A DNA stretch of 63,608 bases, the filler included, from Dimorphilus gyrociliatus (taxonomy: Eukaryota; Animalia; Annelida): assembly GCA_904063045.1 (NCBI GenBank). It is 4 parts of 4 records of this genome, joined end to end, with 100 filler letters (N's around TTAATTAATTAA, not from the genome) between each part and the next. Parts side by side here need not be neighbours in the genome. Positions count along the whole stretch, not along the records: positions 1 to 15,934 come from CAJFCJ010000165.1; positions 16,035 to 32,786 come from CAJFCJ010000221.1; 2 more parts are not named here. One strand, 5' to 3'. The translations under genes were made by a program, and so were the position numbers. This document shows, in pieces, positions 12,574 through 26,153 of this stretch. The notes beneath the pieces were generated by a model. The model saw nothing but the letters and a program-made list of their open reading frames with translations, was not told the origin of the DNA and searched no databases. How positions within the stretch are numbered: position 1 is the stretch's first letter; each line of letters starts with the position of its first letter.

Positions 12574-13409
12574 TCCTCTGCTCTAATCTGTTATAGACGA
12601 ATTGTATTGAATTAATATTGCTCTGTACTGATTTATACTGATGCAGATAAGCAGTGTTAAGCAGTGTTGACCTACTTCCTTGCAGTATGCGGCAAATATT
12701 TTATACTCACCAATTCAAAGCTATTGTGAGGATTTGTATAATAAAAAGTATACTCTTTTATGAAACTCACAATGGTGACTCTTAATTTAGTTTGTCAAAA
12801 GATTTTCATTTTTTAATCTGTAGAATATGAAATTTTTTTGTACAACTTAAAAAACCACACTAAACATAAAGTGGTGAGAGAAAGCAAAAATGTTCCTCTT
12901 TTTCACACATAATCCAAACCATCTCTTTGTGAGATATTCATGGCAATCATGCCATTATTGCTTTAGTACTTTTTTGCCAGATGTTAAATGAATTTTGACA
13001 AGTAGTTTGGATAGCACAAATTTTGAGTGATAATAGGGGTTGTTGTCATTTATTTCCTTCTTGAGTATGGCTTGTCAAAAACATCATAACTAATATATTT
13101 TATACAAATACTCATCATACAATCCATTGCAGTTCACCTATATAATCAATATACAGCTACTATGCATATCTATATTTTTTTATGCTCAATATGCAGATTT
13201 AAACATTCTATGCCCCTAAGATCTATTGATAAGTTCACTTGTAAATATCTACAATTAGCTGTAGAAAAGTAAGATTAAGAAGGTTGGAAAATCTTCAAAC
13301 ACCCTGAACATCTTTATATGAAAGTACATTTACCAATTTGCCAAACCGCTCACGCAAATAGAACCTCCAGTACAAAATCCTAACCTTAATAATGAGTTCA
13401 GTTTGAAAA

Positions 13410-13640
13410 GATATGTCTTAAAACCTATGTAAGAAAATGCAATAACATTTCGCAAAACATAGATCTTAGTTAGTCATTTTGAAGATTTGTCTTTCATTAT
13501 CAGTTGAGGTTTGGCCAAGTTATAATTTAATTAGTCCTCCTGAAGGTTTTATTCCAAACATAATATCTTTATCTAATCATCTGAGAAGACGATCTGGAAA
13601 CAACCTTCACTGGAACAAGCCTTCTAATCCTCAATTATAT
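13410..13640 (+). repeat. Interspersed repeat family R1, partial copy
   Basis: TTGGCCAAGTTATAATTTAATT and GGAAACAACCTTCACTGGAACAAG blocks. Confidence 0.7.
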
Positions 13641-13819
13641 ATCCTAAATTATTCTGATCACTTTATATATTTCTGGGGGATTTCCCCCAGTTCTTCTAAA
13701 CGCTATTGTTAGTCTTAATTTTGAATGAATTATTTAATATAAATTATTTGTTGAATGATTTGAATAGAAAAAGTACTGTTATAATTCTGCAGTTCTTTCA
13801 CTACAGAAATGTATTAGTT

Positions 13820-13935
13820 ATCATCAAGCTCTTCTTTGTTACTGGTATGAACCAAAGTGAGGTCTATTGTACTTCCTTTCGAATGTCCTGATATTTTTGC
13901 CACATAACCTTTTCCAAACACCATAGATTTATCAT
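13820..13935 (-). pseudogene. ddpX: Second, partial ddpX/vanX copy
   Basis: Near-identical to 12372-12484 (GHS.GSTIDLTLVHTSNKEELD) with a few substitutions. Confidence 0.8.
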
Positions 13936-13944
13936 CAGATGATG

Positions 13945-14830
13945 TGGAAGAAAAGGTAGGTCAAGAAGTTTTTTTTAGATATTTCCATACTTCCTTCTTC
14001 TCATTAAATTTTGTTGTATAACCAAGAATATGTTTTTTTAAATTTTACTATTTAAATTTATATAAACATGTTGAAATTTATACTTACATTTTTCTGAACA
14101 CTGATTGAGACTAATGAAATGCACATCCCTGGATTTTACCATCTGGTAAAACTTCTTTAATTGCTCTCCAAAGGCCTTTTCCAAAATCTAGAACAATCTT
14201 CCTTGGAGTAGAATCATTTGTTAATTGCAAAATTTCCTGAAAATATTTTCATTAATATCAGGTAAGTATAAAATTTTAATGAAATACCAAGAGTGCTTTT
14301 TTATATGCCCTTTTCTACTTTGATGCCATTATTATAAAATCTAAAGGAATTTATTTCAATTATATCAATTTTGCTTAAAGTTTTAACATCCAATTTTGCT
14401 TGTAAATGAACTTGTAAATTCGGTTTTTTGGTATGACAATGATTTTTCTCTACAACAATAAAAAACTGCTCCTTTTTGAAAAATTCTTGCTCTGCATTTG
14501 AACTTTTTAGATCTTATACTGCATAATCATACTGTTTTGATTTTCTCCAGCAGATTTGGAATTATATGAAGAGCCTTGATGAAGATAATGGTTTTCCTCT
14601 ACTGCTTCCATTCTCCATTATATAGAAGGAATCATTTCAAAAGAGCATTCTCTTATTTCCTTCTTCAAGTAAAAAACAATTAAAATAAAGTTTTCAATTT
14701 GACCAACAGTAACAAACATTATGATTTTCATCTAGTAATTGTCCACTATTACTTCTATCGTCACCAAGATTTTCTTCTGATGTGTCAAAGGAAAATGATA
14801 ATCTTAACTGTAATAATCAAAACATTTATT
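13945..14830 (-). mobile_element. Internally deleted MULE transposase remnant
   Basis: PRKIVLDFGKGLWRAIKEVLPDGKIQGCAFH*SQSVFRK and LLDLPFLP, plus a FLYWCH-like ...KNHCH. Confidence 0.75.
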
Positions 14831-14999
14831 TGAGAAAATACAAAACTTACTGATGTATAAATATATTGAAAAAGCAATTAAGCACAATGTAAACTTACCT
14901 CATCTTTACAATTATTATTTATTGGCTAAAATAATAAAAGAGTCAATAAAATGAGTTTCATTAAATTTATTTAACAAACAACCTCAGTTATATCATCTG

Positions 15000-15450
15000 T
15001 TGAACATAACAGATATTGTTCTTAAATTATTTATATCAGAGGACTCTTTTAATTTGAAGAGTCGTAGTCTTGGACTATACTACTTTGTGTCAAATACCTG
15101 TGGATCATTTTATCCTATGTTTTATGATAATTCTAACCAGTCCGAAAGCAAAATGAATTATTCTGGAGCCTGCATTTTTATGTGTGATTTACTCAACCTT
15201 GGTAGCGACAATTCAAACTGTCACGCAATCAACAAACCAATGTTAAAACACAATGAATTATATAGAATATGTTCGAATTTTGGTTTCAATTATGGTACAA
15301 TTATTCTGAGAAACAATTTGGCTAGATCAGAGAAAATTTTACTCTATAAAACATTAAACTGTCCAAATAATTACAATTCATTTTCAAGTTGCAGATTGGG
15401 TTCTGTTGTTCTGTAAAAATGCAGCGTGCCTCTTTTTCATTGCTAATCTT
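15000..15450 (+). pseudogene. Possible SRCR-domain fragment
   Basis: ICSNFGFNYG...TLNCPNNYNSFSSC cysteine spacing resembles an SRCR domain. Confidence 0.4.
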
Positions 15451-15934
15451 TTTCCTTGTTTATATTTTCACAGAGGATATCCAGTATTCATTGAATGTTC
15501 TAACAAAGAGAGAGAAAAGTGCATAGGGAATTCTTTCATATCGATTTTTGATACTTGCTACGTGCTAGAAAAACGGTTAAAAAAATGTCAGTTTGGGAAA
15601 AGTTGCATATCTGTAAGGTACATAATTTGACTTTAGCCGACTATCCTACATTTTCAAAACAATTCCTGAAAGCTATACATGAGCCAAAAAAATGTGAATA
15701 ATATTGGATCTTTTAGTTAGTGTAATCTTTAAAAAAAATTGTCTATTCACCAACAAAATAATATTTTTGCAGTTATAATGCAAAAAACCGATGCTAAAAT
15801 TAGAAAAGTGTATGTAACACAAAATGGATTAACTATTGATATACCTATCATCAATTTTAAAATTGTAAGATTTTTGGAATTCTTGAAATACACATATTGT
15901 AGTAAAAGTTTCTTGAAAATATTTCAAATAGACA

Positions 15935-16033
15935 NNNNNNNNNNNNNNNNNNNNNNNNNNNNNNNNNNNNNNNNNNNNTTAATTAATTAANNNNNNNNNN
16001 NNNNNNNNNNNNNNNNNNNNNNNNNNNNNNNNN
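15935..16033. other. Artificial contig-concatenation spacer
   Basis: N-run + TTAATTAATTAA (stops in all six frames) + N-run. Confidence 0.95.
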
Positions 16034-17259
16034 NGAAATAATACACTGATAAATCTGGTTTGATTTGATAATCAATTGATTTCTCTCATGTCTCATTGTT
16101 TGGGAATGAAAATAAATGAAATTCAGTTTTTCCTAATCCTAAATAAGCCCCAGATCATTGTTAAACTTAAAGCTTTCAATGAAAACATTTTTTTAATACA
16201 GGAATAATGGCTTTAAGAGGATTGAAATTATGGTTATGATAAGATATGCAAGACATATATACAAGAAATGGTTTTAATAACTGGAGGTTTGAGGAACAGT
16301 TTTAACTTGGAAACTAGAGAAGAACTTTCATATAGCCTTTTTGAGTATGGGAAAAGTTGGCCCAGGAGTGGGAAAAGGCATGCTAGTGCTAGGAAAAATT
16401 GTCTCTCAACTCTAAATAAATCTATATGTATTACTTTTCTAGATTTTTGGTTTTCAATTCTAAATTTCTAGTCATAAACAATTGAAATATTTGTTAATTA
16501 CTTTTACTACTGTTTTTTAAGTATAACTGATATTCTTTAGATATCGTAAAACTACATCTCTAAAAAATGAATTAATGATTTTTTTCATTTATTTTGTCAT
16601 CTTTTCACACTGTAAAATAATAATCTTTTGTAAAATTTTTCTTAAAAGTAGACCAAATGAAATTATGTCCTTAATTTCATTAGCCTTTGTTTTATGTGTT
16701 GGATGTTGCAATAGAATGTAAAATGTTTTATTATTATCATCTTTAGGCTAAAGAAACAATTGATTAATGAATAAGTTGTCAATAAAAAGAAAAAAAATAT
16801 ACAAACATTTCAAAGAAGTGTCATATTGAGTTTTCTCAATTATGGTAATTCTTTTTGTGTATTAAATTTAAATCATTTTATTAAAGGAGTAGAAATTTAC
16901 CTATCAAGAGCCTTTTTCAGACTTTTATTAGATTTATACTTGATATACTGTTTCACTAAGAATATCATTGAGTTTTGTTCTAAACTGGCTTGTTTAGAAC
17001 TAGAAACTCATTTTGCTCAATACATATTCTTTGGACAAAATACTCGTGTTTTGTTGATTCATTTCTACCAAAATTATATTTGTTGAACTACTTGTGGACG
17101 AACTTTAAAGGTTCTATTTGTGTGAGTACTTTGGTAAATTGGTAAATGATTGGAAAGGTCAATTACAGTTGTGACAAACCAGAAATTCCTACAATTACAA
17201 TACAACAAAGTTGTACAGTATATTAATATTTTTAGAGAAATTACCTGCAACTTGATTAA

Positions 17260-17783
17260 AACAAAATTTCTCATCAGATTTATCAGGGCAATCCAACCTA
17301 TAATTGCACACCCAATGCAAAAATATTTCAACCTGTAGGAAACTGCCAGTTATCCTTATAGTATTTAAAATTTTTCAGCAAGTCTTTAGTAGTATATAGA
17401 TGTGAAGAGAAAAAAGCAGTTTCCAAAAATCTGGCTTCATCTTGCCCTGTTATTCCCAATAGTCTCTTGTTTTTTGACAAGCACAACTGTTTAGCATCAA
17501 AAAAGTTAATTGTTGTTGAGGCTTTAAATAAGTAGTAGCAGCTGTTCAAGTATTTGAATATTGCTATTGTTCCATTTGATTGTTGTTCACACTGTGCACT
17601 AGCTTGGCAACAATAAGTGCTTAAGGTTAATAAATCAGTAAGGGCTGGATCCATAAAATTCTCTAATGTGCAATTTTCAAGAAACTTGGCTAAACTTGAA
17701 CATTTTAGATATTTTATTGGAAAATTGTTATTTCCTATATCTTCTTGAAAATCAACAGTGCCACTTGTAAAATTGAAATACAT
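17260..17783 (-). pseudogene. C-type lectin-like plus LDLa fragment
   Basis: CYYLF...FFDAKQLCLSKNKRLLGI (CTLD start); HWVCNYRLDCPDKSDEKFC (LDLa) in a shifted frame. Confidence 0.55.
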
Positions 17784-17961
17784 ACAGATAACATTTATGC
17801 CTTTATGATTGAGTTAAGATGAGCTACATTATACCAATAGTGTTTGTATTATATTTGTAATTTTCCACTAAAGAATTCATAATTGAAAGAATTATTACAG
17901 AATAAATGAGAATTTTTAGAAGTTAATCTAAAGGATGAAGCTGTAAACAAAAAAAAATTCA

Positions 17962-20780
17962 GGGGTCAACAGAAAATGTCTATGAAAGAAAACATCCATA
18001 AACTGAAAGAAAACGTCCATTAAAATAAATTTCATTTAAATATAAATATATGTTGAAAAAGTAAACCTTTGGTAAAAGAATATGTTAAACATATACTTAA
18101 TAAATGAAATTATTTTCAATAATATAATTCTGAGCAAAGCTGCAGAAGCTGGTTTGCATTAATTTCACCTGTTTTAAAATTTTCCCAAATTAAGAAAAGA
18201 TCTTTTTGAATTTGGCTATAAGTCTTCCTTTGAAGTCTAATTATCTTTCTCTCACTTAAAAGCTTTTTGTACAGATTTATCATGTCTGCTTCCCTCTTTA
18301 ACTCATCAATCACTTAATAAAAAGAAACATTTTCTCCAACAATTTTATTGAGCCTTTGATGATAACCTTCCAGATCATTATTTGTCCTTATGCTTTGATC
18401 AAAAACAGACCAAGTCTCTGGAGACCAAAATGTATTTTTTATCCAACTATTAGACACATAGTCCAACAAATCAGACAGTTTATTTTCTTTTGTCAGTTGA
18501 TTTTGAATTTTAGTGAATTGATTTTCAATCATGCCATGAGGCAAATATGGCAAAGACATAATCATTCTCATGGATTCCCAAGCTCCCTCTTTTTTTCTAA
18601 ATTCCCTGCTATAACCAAGTTCCTTAAACAAAAAAAATATTAATTGGATTGTTAAAAATTTTAGAAATCAATAAACCTGAATTTTTCTAAATATTGCCTG
18701 AGACCAGTGAAATGAACATCCAGTCAAGACAGCATCAGGCCATATATTTTGTAAAGTTTTCCAAACAGCCTTTTCATAGTCTAAGACTATTTTCTTAGGA
18801 GCACAATTTTCAGCTAAATCCTTCACAGCCTTAAAAATTTAACATGATTGCTTATTAGTAAGTATATTTATGAAATGTAATTCTTACCTGGAAAAGTAGT
18901 TTATATGCTCTCTTTTTTTTAGAAGACAGAAAAGAAAAAAGCAAAGGAACTTGCTTAAGCTGTCCATTTTTTTTCAAAAATACATGAATAGAGTACATTT
19001 GAATGAAAGGTTCATTGGCAATCTTAAAAGTACCATCAAGGTACCAAATTTTCCCCTTTGACAAAAGCTCCAATTGATGATTTGTTGCAAAGATAATGAT
19101 CCTCTCATTATTCATATTTATATCCTTCTTTAAAAATTCGGGAGGAATGAATGTCATATTCAGCTCAAAGTTTTTATCATTGGGTACAATAGGCCTGTTC
19201 TTCCTTCTATTCCAATTTGCCACTTCTTTACAATTAATTATATTTGGTAAGTTTGAAGCACTAGAATACTTGACAAGAACATTTTCAGCAATTCTTTTAC
19301 CTGAAGAATTTATATCACTAGAACAATTGTCTTTGATTTCATTTCTTATACGAATCCTGGTTTCTAAATTTTTTATTGATGAATGACAATGAATGTTTGT
19401 CCCAATTGCAAAATTGCTTCCTTTTTGATTGATGCTTGCTTTACATTTTCTTTTTTTGCTTCTGACAGAACAAGTCCATACAGTAGTTGTTTTTGTTTTT
19501 AATTTAATAGTATATGAAAAACCTTTGTGAAAAAGTAAGTCTTTGCCTTTTTGACTTCCATGTGGCAGAATTTTAAAATGAAAATCGTCAGAAGAATTTT
19601 CTTTGGCAGATGTTTCACTTTCAAAAGATTCTTCCTCAATTTTTTCAGATTCTATATATGCATTTTGAATTGTTTCAAAATTTTCAACTTCAATTTCATT
19701 ATCATATTCAATATCACTTCCATTAATGATATTTCCTTTGTCAACCTTTGTGTTTATACTTTCATCATTATTGTCATTGCTACTCCATGATATAGATAAC
19801 CTCAATTCTTCTGTGAACTCTTCAGTACTCTTTTCTTGTCCTTGATTATTGTCTCCTTTCTCATCAATTTTTAATTTTTCCTCAGTCATGCTGTTGTTCT
19901 CCTCAATATTCTTTTCTGGATATTCAACAATTGCTTCTTCCTTCTCATAAAGTTTTGCAGTAGAATTACTTTTTATTGGTACACTTTCCCTGCATTTTTT
20001 TGGTTCATCAATTCTCTTTAACATCACAAAACAGGTTTTTTTAGTTATTTTATAACAAATAAAACAGAGTGGTGATGCTGTTGATGAATCTGGAAGAAAA
20101 AAAAACAGTAAATGTTTTTGAAATAGAAGATAGTACAAACCATGCAGACATTTTAAATGACAAATATGCAGGCACAATGAGCATTGGCCTTTTATTTGCC
20201 TACCAACAAATTTATCATTGCAAATAGAACACTTGTCCATTATTCAATATTTTTTCTAAAATATTGGAGAAAAAGAAGAGCTAAACTAAAATTAATAAAT
20301 GAATTTGTCATATCATTATTATGATTATTTATGTAACAATTAGTATTTTGACAATAACATTGAAAAAAAACTTCATTAACAAATAAAATTGCTAAATTTA
20401 TGTTGGATTGATTATTAATAAAATAATCAATAAGTTTTTAATCACAGAGATTATTAAGAACAAAAAAAACCTCTAAAAATTAAAAATTTCATATTACCTC
20501 AAGAGAGTGAAAATAGAAGAGGAAGTTGATATTTTGTATCTCTTTTCCTGAAGATTTCTTCATTTCTACCAGTTTTTTTAAAGTTTTGTGTTAATTTGTT
20601 TTTCAACATATATTTATATTTAAATGAATATTTCTTTATTTTATGTGTTCTTTTGATTCATGGATGTTTTCTTTCAGTTTATGGACATTTTCTTTCACTT
20701 TATGGACGTTTCTTTCAGTTCATGGATGTTTTCTTTCAGTTTATGGACGTTTTCTTTCATGGACGTTTTCTGTCGCATCC
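17962..20780 (-). mobile_element. Near-complete Mutator/Phantom-like DNA transposon
   Basis: TIRs GGGGTCAACAGAAAATGTC / GGATGCGACAGAAAACGTC with subterminal tandem repeats; flanks AAATTCA/TAATTCA may be a TSD; encodes a transposase. Confidence 0.88.
18116..20240 (-). pseudogene. PHD-FLYWCH-MULE transposase, spliced, with one in-frame TAA
   Basis: WYLDGTFK, IVLDYEKA, GCSFHWSQ and TNNDLEGYH; introns at 20090-20140, 18830-18887 and 18623-18676; stop at 18314-18316. Confidence 0.8.
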
Positions 20781-20791
20781 TAATTCAAACC

Positions 20792-21824
20792 TTACAGCAG
20801 AATATAAAAGTTTTTCAATACTCTTATGGAACATGAAAAATCCAACAGGCATTCTGACATACCAAGACTCACTAATCCATAAACTTGCCATTTTTCATCA
20901 ATAAAACAAGATAAAGGTCTGCCAGAATCACCCTAAAAAAATTTTTAAATTTCTTTTAGAATCTGATGAAATTCAACTGAAATTTACTTACATAACAGTT
21001 ATTTCTCTGTAGGCCTTTTGAATCACTTACACATAAATGCATTGGATATTTAGGTTTTTGGTCATTTGACATATTGAGAAATTTAAATTTGCTTTCTTGT
21101 TCAGTTAGTATTCTTACTTCAATTTTGTATAACTCCTTTTCTGATTCAAATGCTGTTAGTAGATCATTTATAGAACACTTAAAAAATATTTTACATAATA
21201 CCAAAAGGATATGATCTGAATCCAAAGCCAGAAGCTGTGTATTGAGAATCAGAACTGTTTTTAACATTGTACAATTTGGGTAAACATATTGGTTGGATTT
21301 TTTCATTAAATTCTAAACGGGATTTTAATTTAAGAATGGCAATATCATTCTCGACAGATGTTTTTTTGAATAAAGGATGTACAATGTATTGTTCTACAGA
21401 ATGAGATTTGGAACTCTTATCACTTTCATTTAAATTTCCAACTTTGACACTAAACCTTTGAGTGTATCTGATAATTAAGATCCATAGAATTGAATAGATT
21501 AAAAATTTAAAAATAAAATGGAATAGTGAACCTATTAATACCATGAGCTGCAGTCAATAGATATTGGTTATGAATTATAACTGCACCACAAAGGAAATTA
21601 GCTTCATATGACAAACTTGCCTTTTAAAAAAAACAAACATGAATTAATGTTAAAATAGATATCACTTCAGTTAATGAATGACAAGCTACCTGCCATGGTA
21701 TTTCTCCTAATTTTGCCTTTTCTCCATCCAAAATAAATGATTCTGAATTATCAATCCTTCCACACGATTGTTGAAAAAAAACATCATACAAAATTTCTGA
21801 TTGAAAACAAACTATTACAAACAT
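20792..21824 (-). CDS. Trypsin-like serine protease, multi-exon
   Basis: ILDG...GEIPWQ, CGAVII...LLTAAH, NDIAILKL and GDSGRP in exons joined by short GT-AG introns; TAAHG and GDSGRP deviate from consensus, so it may be degenerate. Confidence 0.75.
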
Positions 21825-21949
21825 CTGCTTTGTTTTTTTTATTACCTGATTTTTGGCAATCAGTGATTTGTATACTCCTGATTAAAAGTTGGTGGTGATC
21901 ATTTGAATTTGTATTGATAGTAAACTATAGTGCAGTAGATTAATAAATA

Positions 21950-22488
21950 TATATGTGACAATAAAAAGTACCAAAGAAGAAAAAGTACCTGTTCTAAACC
22001 ATTTTGAACAGAAATTATTAAGTGAGAAAAAGATATGTAGACAACAGAGAAAGCCTTATCAGAAAATTCAAAGTCAGATCTTTGGCTTATGGGAGCAATT
22101 TGAGGTCAGATTAATATCTGCATCAGATTTATTGGAAAAGGCAGCCAGCATTTATATTGCATCATAACTCATTCATTTAGCTTGTTACCATGTCATAAAC
22201 TTAGTCTTTTATAATTTTTTTGCAGTTTGTTTTGTAGTTTTTAGTTTTTGTTTTCAACATATCAAAATATCATAAATACAAATTATATATTTATTCTCTC
22301 AATTTTCCTTTTCATCTTAATCTCCAAAGGTTTTAAAAAAAAAAATTCTCTTTCACTATGGACATTTTCTCCTCAGTTGTGGATGTTTTCTCCTGTGAAC
22401 GTTTTTTTCTTGTGGACGTTTTCTCCTGTGGACATTTTCTCTTGTGGACGTTTTCTCCTCAGTTGTGGACGTTTTCTCCTGCACCCAA
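21950..22488 (+). mobile_element. MULE 3' fragment with repeated TIR
   Basis: C-terminus QKLLSEKKICRQQRKPYQKIQSQIFGLWEQF resembles 18116-18313; TGGACGTTTTCTCC repeats at 22358-22487. Confidence 0.7.
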
Positions 22489-22489
22489 A

Positions 22490-25400
22490 AAATATTCATC
22501 AGGCAAAAAACAAAATTTGTTAATATTTACGATAGAGCTTTGAAATTTGGTACATAAACTAATATTTGTGCGCCAATCTCAAATCTTTTTACAGAATTCA
22601 ATTATCTCTTATAGTTCTTGAGCTGTGGTGCATTAAAGTTTAATACTTTTCCTTATACCATTAATTATATTACTTAATATTTTCAAATGGGAAATCTTGA
22701 ATTAATGCAATGAATATGTTTCTAATTGTGAATATCTTTTTTCTGTTACTTGTTTTAGTTGGAATTTGATGAAAAATCATCCCAGTGGTTGTTAAGATAT
22801 GGTAAAACAAAATATTTTCTTATTATTCAATGTAGAGCTGTGATAATATTTAGATAAGTTTGTGATAAGTTCTCACAGACACATAATGTTTTGCAAACAA
22901 TATCACTTTTTTTCTTTTTAATAAAAAGAGCTTTACAATTTCAATTCATTGTAATTTAATATAGTCTCATTCTGCCATTAATTTTACTTCAAATTTCATC
23001 AAAATTGGCCAAGTAGTTGCTGAGATATGGATTATTATGAACATTATCTTTAAACTCAGTTGTATGACATAACAATAAAATATTCGTGAAAAAAAAACTA
23101 AATTTGTTATTAATTATGATAGAGCTTTCAAATTTTGCACATTAACTAATATCGATGTGCTCATTCCAAATCTTTTTACAGAATTCAATTATCTCTTATG
23201 GTTTCCTAGCTAGATTACCTTGAAGTTTAGTGCATCTTCCTTTTATAATTCATTGTATAAATTTTTATTTTTTAAATGGAAAATATTGTGTGTTGTGTAA
23301 CTAATATATTTCTAATTATCCATGTCATCTTCTGCCAATAATTTTACTTCAAATTTCATCAAAATCAGCCAAGTAGTTACTGAGATATGGATTCTTATGA
23401 ATGTTATGTTTAAACTCAGCTGTATAACATAAACATAAATTATTTGTCAAAAATAAAGTAAATTTGTTGTTAATTGTGATAGAGCTTTCAAATTTCATAC
23501 ATATACTAATATTGATATTCTATTTTCAAATCTTTTTACAGAATTTAGTTATCTCTTACAGTTTTTCAGCTACGTTGCCTTGAAGTTTAGTACATCTCCC
23601 TTATGTAATTTGTTAAATAATTTATTTTTTTTCAAGTAGGATATATTGAATTAATATACCAAACAAATTTCAAATTTGTAATATTTTTTTTGACAAAAAT
23701 ATCTCATTCTTATGGATATTTGATTCCAAGTTCTCAATAACTTAACAATCTCTAACCTTTTCTTATTATTTAATTTAGAGCTGTGATAATATTTAGATAA
23801 GTTTGTGAAAAGTTCTCACAGACACTTAATGTTTTACAAATTTGAATTCAAAATATCATTGGAATCTAATAAAGGCTCATTCTATCAATAATTTTGGTTC
23901 AAGTTTGATCAAAATCAGTGCAGTAGTTGCTGAGCTACGATTTTCTTTGAATGTTATATATTAACTGTGTTATTGATATATATACAAAAAAATATTTGTC
24001 AAAAAAACACTTTTTTCTAATTATTTAAGATAGACCTTTCAAATTTGGCGTATATACTAATATGAGTATGCAGATCCCAAATCCTTTTACAGAATTCAGT
24101 TATCTCTTACTGTTCCATAGTTATGGTGCCATCAAATTATGCTTGTTATTTCTTACATCTAAGCCTATAGAAAATATTTGTCAGTGCTGGACTAGCACTG
24201 TTATTAACTAGGATACATCTTTGTTATTCTGTATATACAATAATATTACCATGCTGATCATAAATCTTTTTACAGAATTCAATTACCTTAGTTAGATTAT
24301 CAGTTTTCTCACAGTTAACTAATTTCATGTTTCTACAGGTTAGCTGCCATTATATAATTTTATCTATAGTTGATAAGTTTATGCCATGTTCTCACAGAAA
24401 CATTTATATGTCTTGTATATATTGCATATTTCTTTTATTTATAGTTATGCACATTTTCACTATAAATTATGTTTTTCTTAATATTTTTAAATGAGAAATA
24501 TGTAAATAATATAATGAATATAATTCTAATTGTACATACCTTTTTCTGACAATGATTAATTTTGGTTCAAATTTCATAAAAATTGGCCAAGTAGTTGCTT
24601 AGCTATGGATTCTAAGGAAAATTATATATAAACTCTGTAGTAATCCTTAAAATATTTGTCAGAAAAAACCTAAATTTCTTATTAATAGTCACAGAGTTTT
24701 GAAATTTTGTACATAGGCTAATATCGATTTGCTGATTCTAAATCTTTTTACAGAATTCAATTATCTCTTGTAGTTTGGGAGCTATGCTGACTTAGAGTTT
24801 AATGCTTTTTCCTTATATAATCCATTATAATAATTAATATTTTTTAAATGACAAGTACTTAATTGATGTACCAAATGTCTTTCTAAATGTCCATATTTTT
24901 TTTTACAATAATTTTACTTCAAATTTGATCAAAATCAGCCAAGTAGTTGCTGAGATTTGGAATCTTTTGAATGTTGTACTTTAACACTGTTACAGGCTAA
25001 TATAGATAAAAAAAATATTCCTCAGAAAAAAATACCAAATTTGTTAATATTTAAGATAGAGCTTTCAAATTTGGTACATAAACCAATAGTCTAATGCTGA
25101 TCTCAAATCTTGTTACAGAATTCAATTATCTCTTATAGTTTGGGAGCTACATTGACTTAATATTTAATGCATATTCCTTATATAATTCATTATAATAATT
25201 AATATTTTTAAATGAATTGTACATATTTTTTTCTGACAATAATAAACCATAAAGAAAAAAATATCAGAAAAAAACAAAATTTGTTAATATTTAAGATAGA
25301 GTTTTGAAATTTGGTACAAAAACTAATTTTCATACACAGATCTCAAATCTTTTTACAGAATTCAATTATCTCTTATAGTTTTTGAGCTGTGGTGTGTTAC

Positions 25401-25700
25401 AGTTTGATACTTTTCCTTATATAATTTATTTTAAAAGCTATTATATTTTAAATGGGAAATATTGTATTCATGTAATTAATATATTTCTAATTATTCATGT
25501 CTACTTCTGCCAATAATTGTATTTCAAATTTCATCAAAATCAGCCAAGTAGTTACTGAGATATGGATTCTTATGAATGTTATGTTTAAACTTTGTTTTAA
25601 ACATTAAAGTATTGGTCATTAAAAGACCAAATTTGTTATTAATTATCATAGATCTTTCAATTTTCTATTGCATTGAAATATTATAAAAAGTTGCCACAGA
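22490..25700. repeat. Degenerate tandem repeat array (~360-bp core with insertions)
   Basis: AAATCTTTTTACAGAATTCAATTATCTCTT about 8 times and CAAATTTCATCAAAAT..GCCAAGTAGTT.CTGAG about 6 times. Confidence 0.8.
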
Positions 25701-26096
25701 CAGACATAGTTAAATTATCAGTTTTCTCACAGTTTACTAATTTCATGTTCCCACAGATTTGTTGGCATTATATAATTTTATCTACAGTTGATTAGCTTGT
25801 GGCATGTTCCCACAGGAATTGCCATGTGTCTTATATATATTATAAATTTCTTTCACAGAAATCATTTATAGTTTGAAGATTAAGGAGTCAACATTGCAAT
25901 AAAAATAGCTGGTCTAATGATCAACTTCTACAATTCCTTTCACAATATACATTCTTCAATAATACAATGGTATGTATATATGTCATTAAACATTATCATT
26001 TTAAGTAGCACTTTTGGTATGATATATATTAAATAAACCTGAAGAAGAGAATTCCCTATTGGAAAGCTTCAACCTCTCTGTAGGTGTAGGTTAGTA

Positions 26097-26153
26097 GACC
26101 CTGATGAGTCCTTGGTAATAAAAATAGAGAGGAGGACGAAACCGTGGTAGGTC
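26097..26153 (+). ncRNA. Type I hammerhead ribozyme motif
   Basis: GACC-CTGATGA-GTCCT(loop)AGGAC-GAAA-CC-GT-GG-TA-GGTC: full core, three stems and a GUA cleavage triplet. Confidence 0.8.

Noticed and set aside
15979-15990. TTAATTAATTAA within N-runs (three times)
   Set aside because: Artificial six-frame-stop linker, so adjacency across it has no biological meaning.
17941-20790. MULE inserted in a trypsin intron
   Set aside because: The empty-site intron would be only about 24 nt, and the trypsin frame ends naturally at the TAA at 20792.
20596-22543. Hydrophobic ORFs at 20596, 22248 and 22358
   Set aside because: Translations of MULE subterminal repeats.
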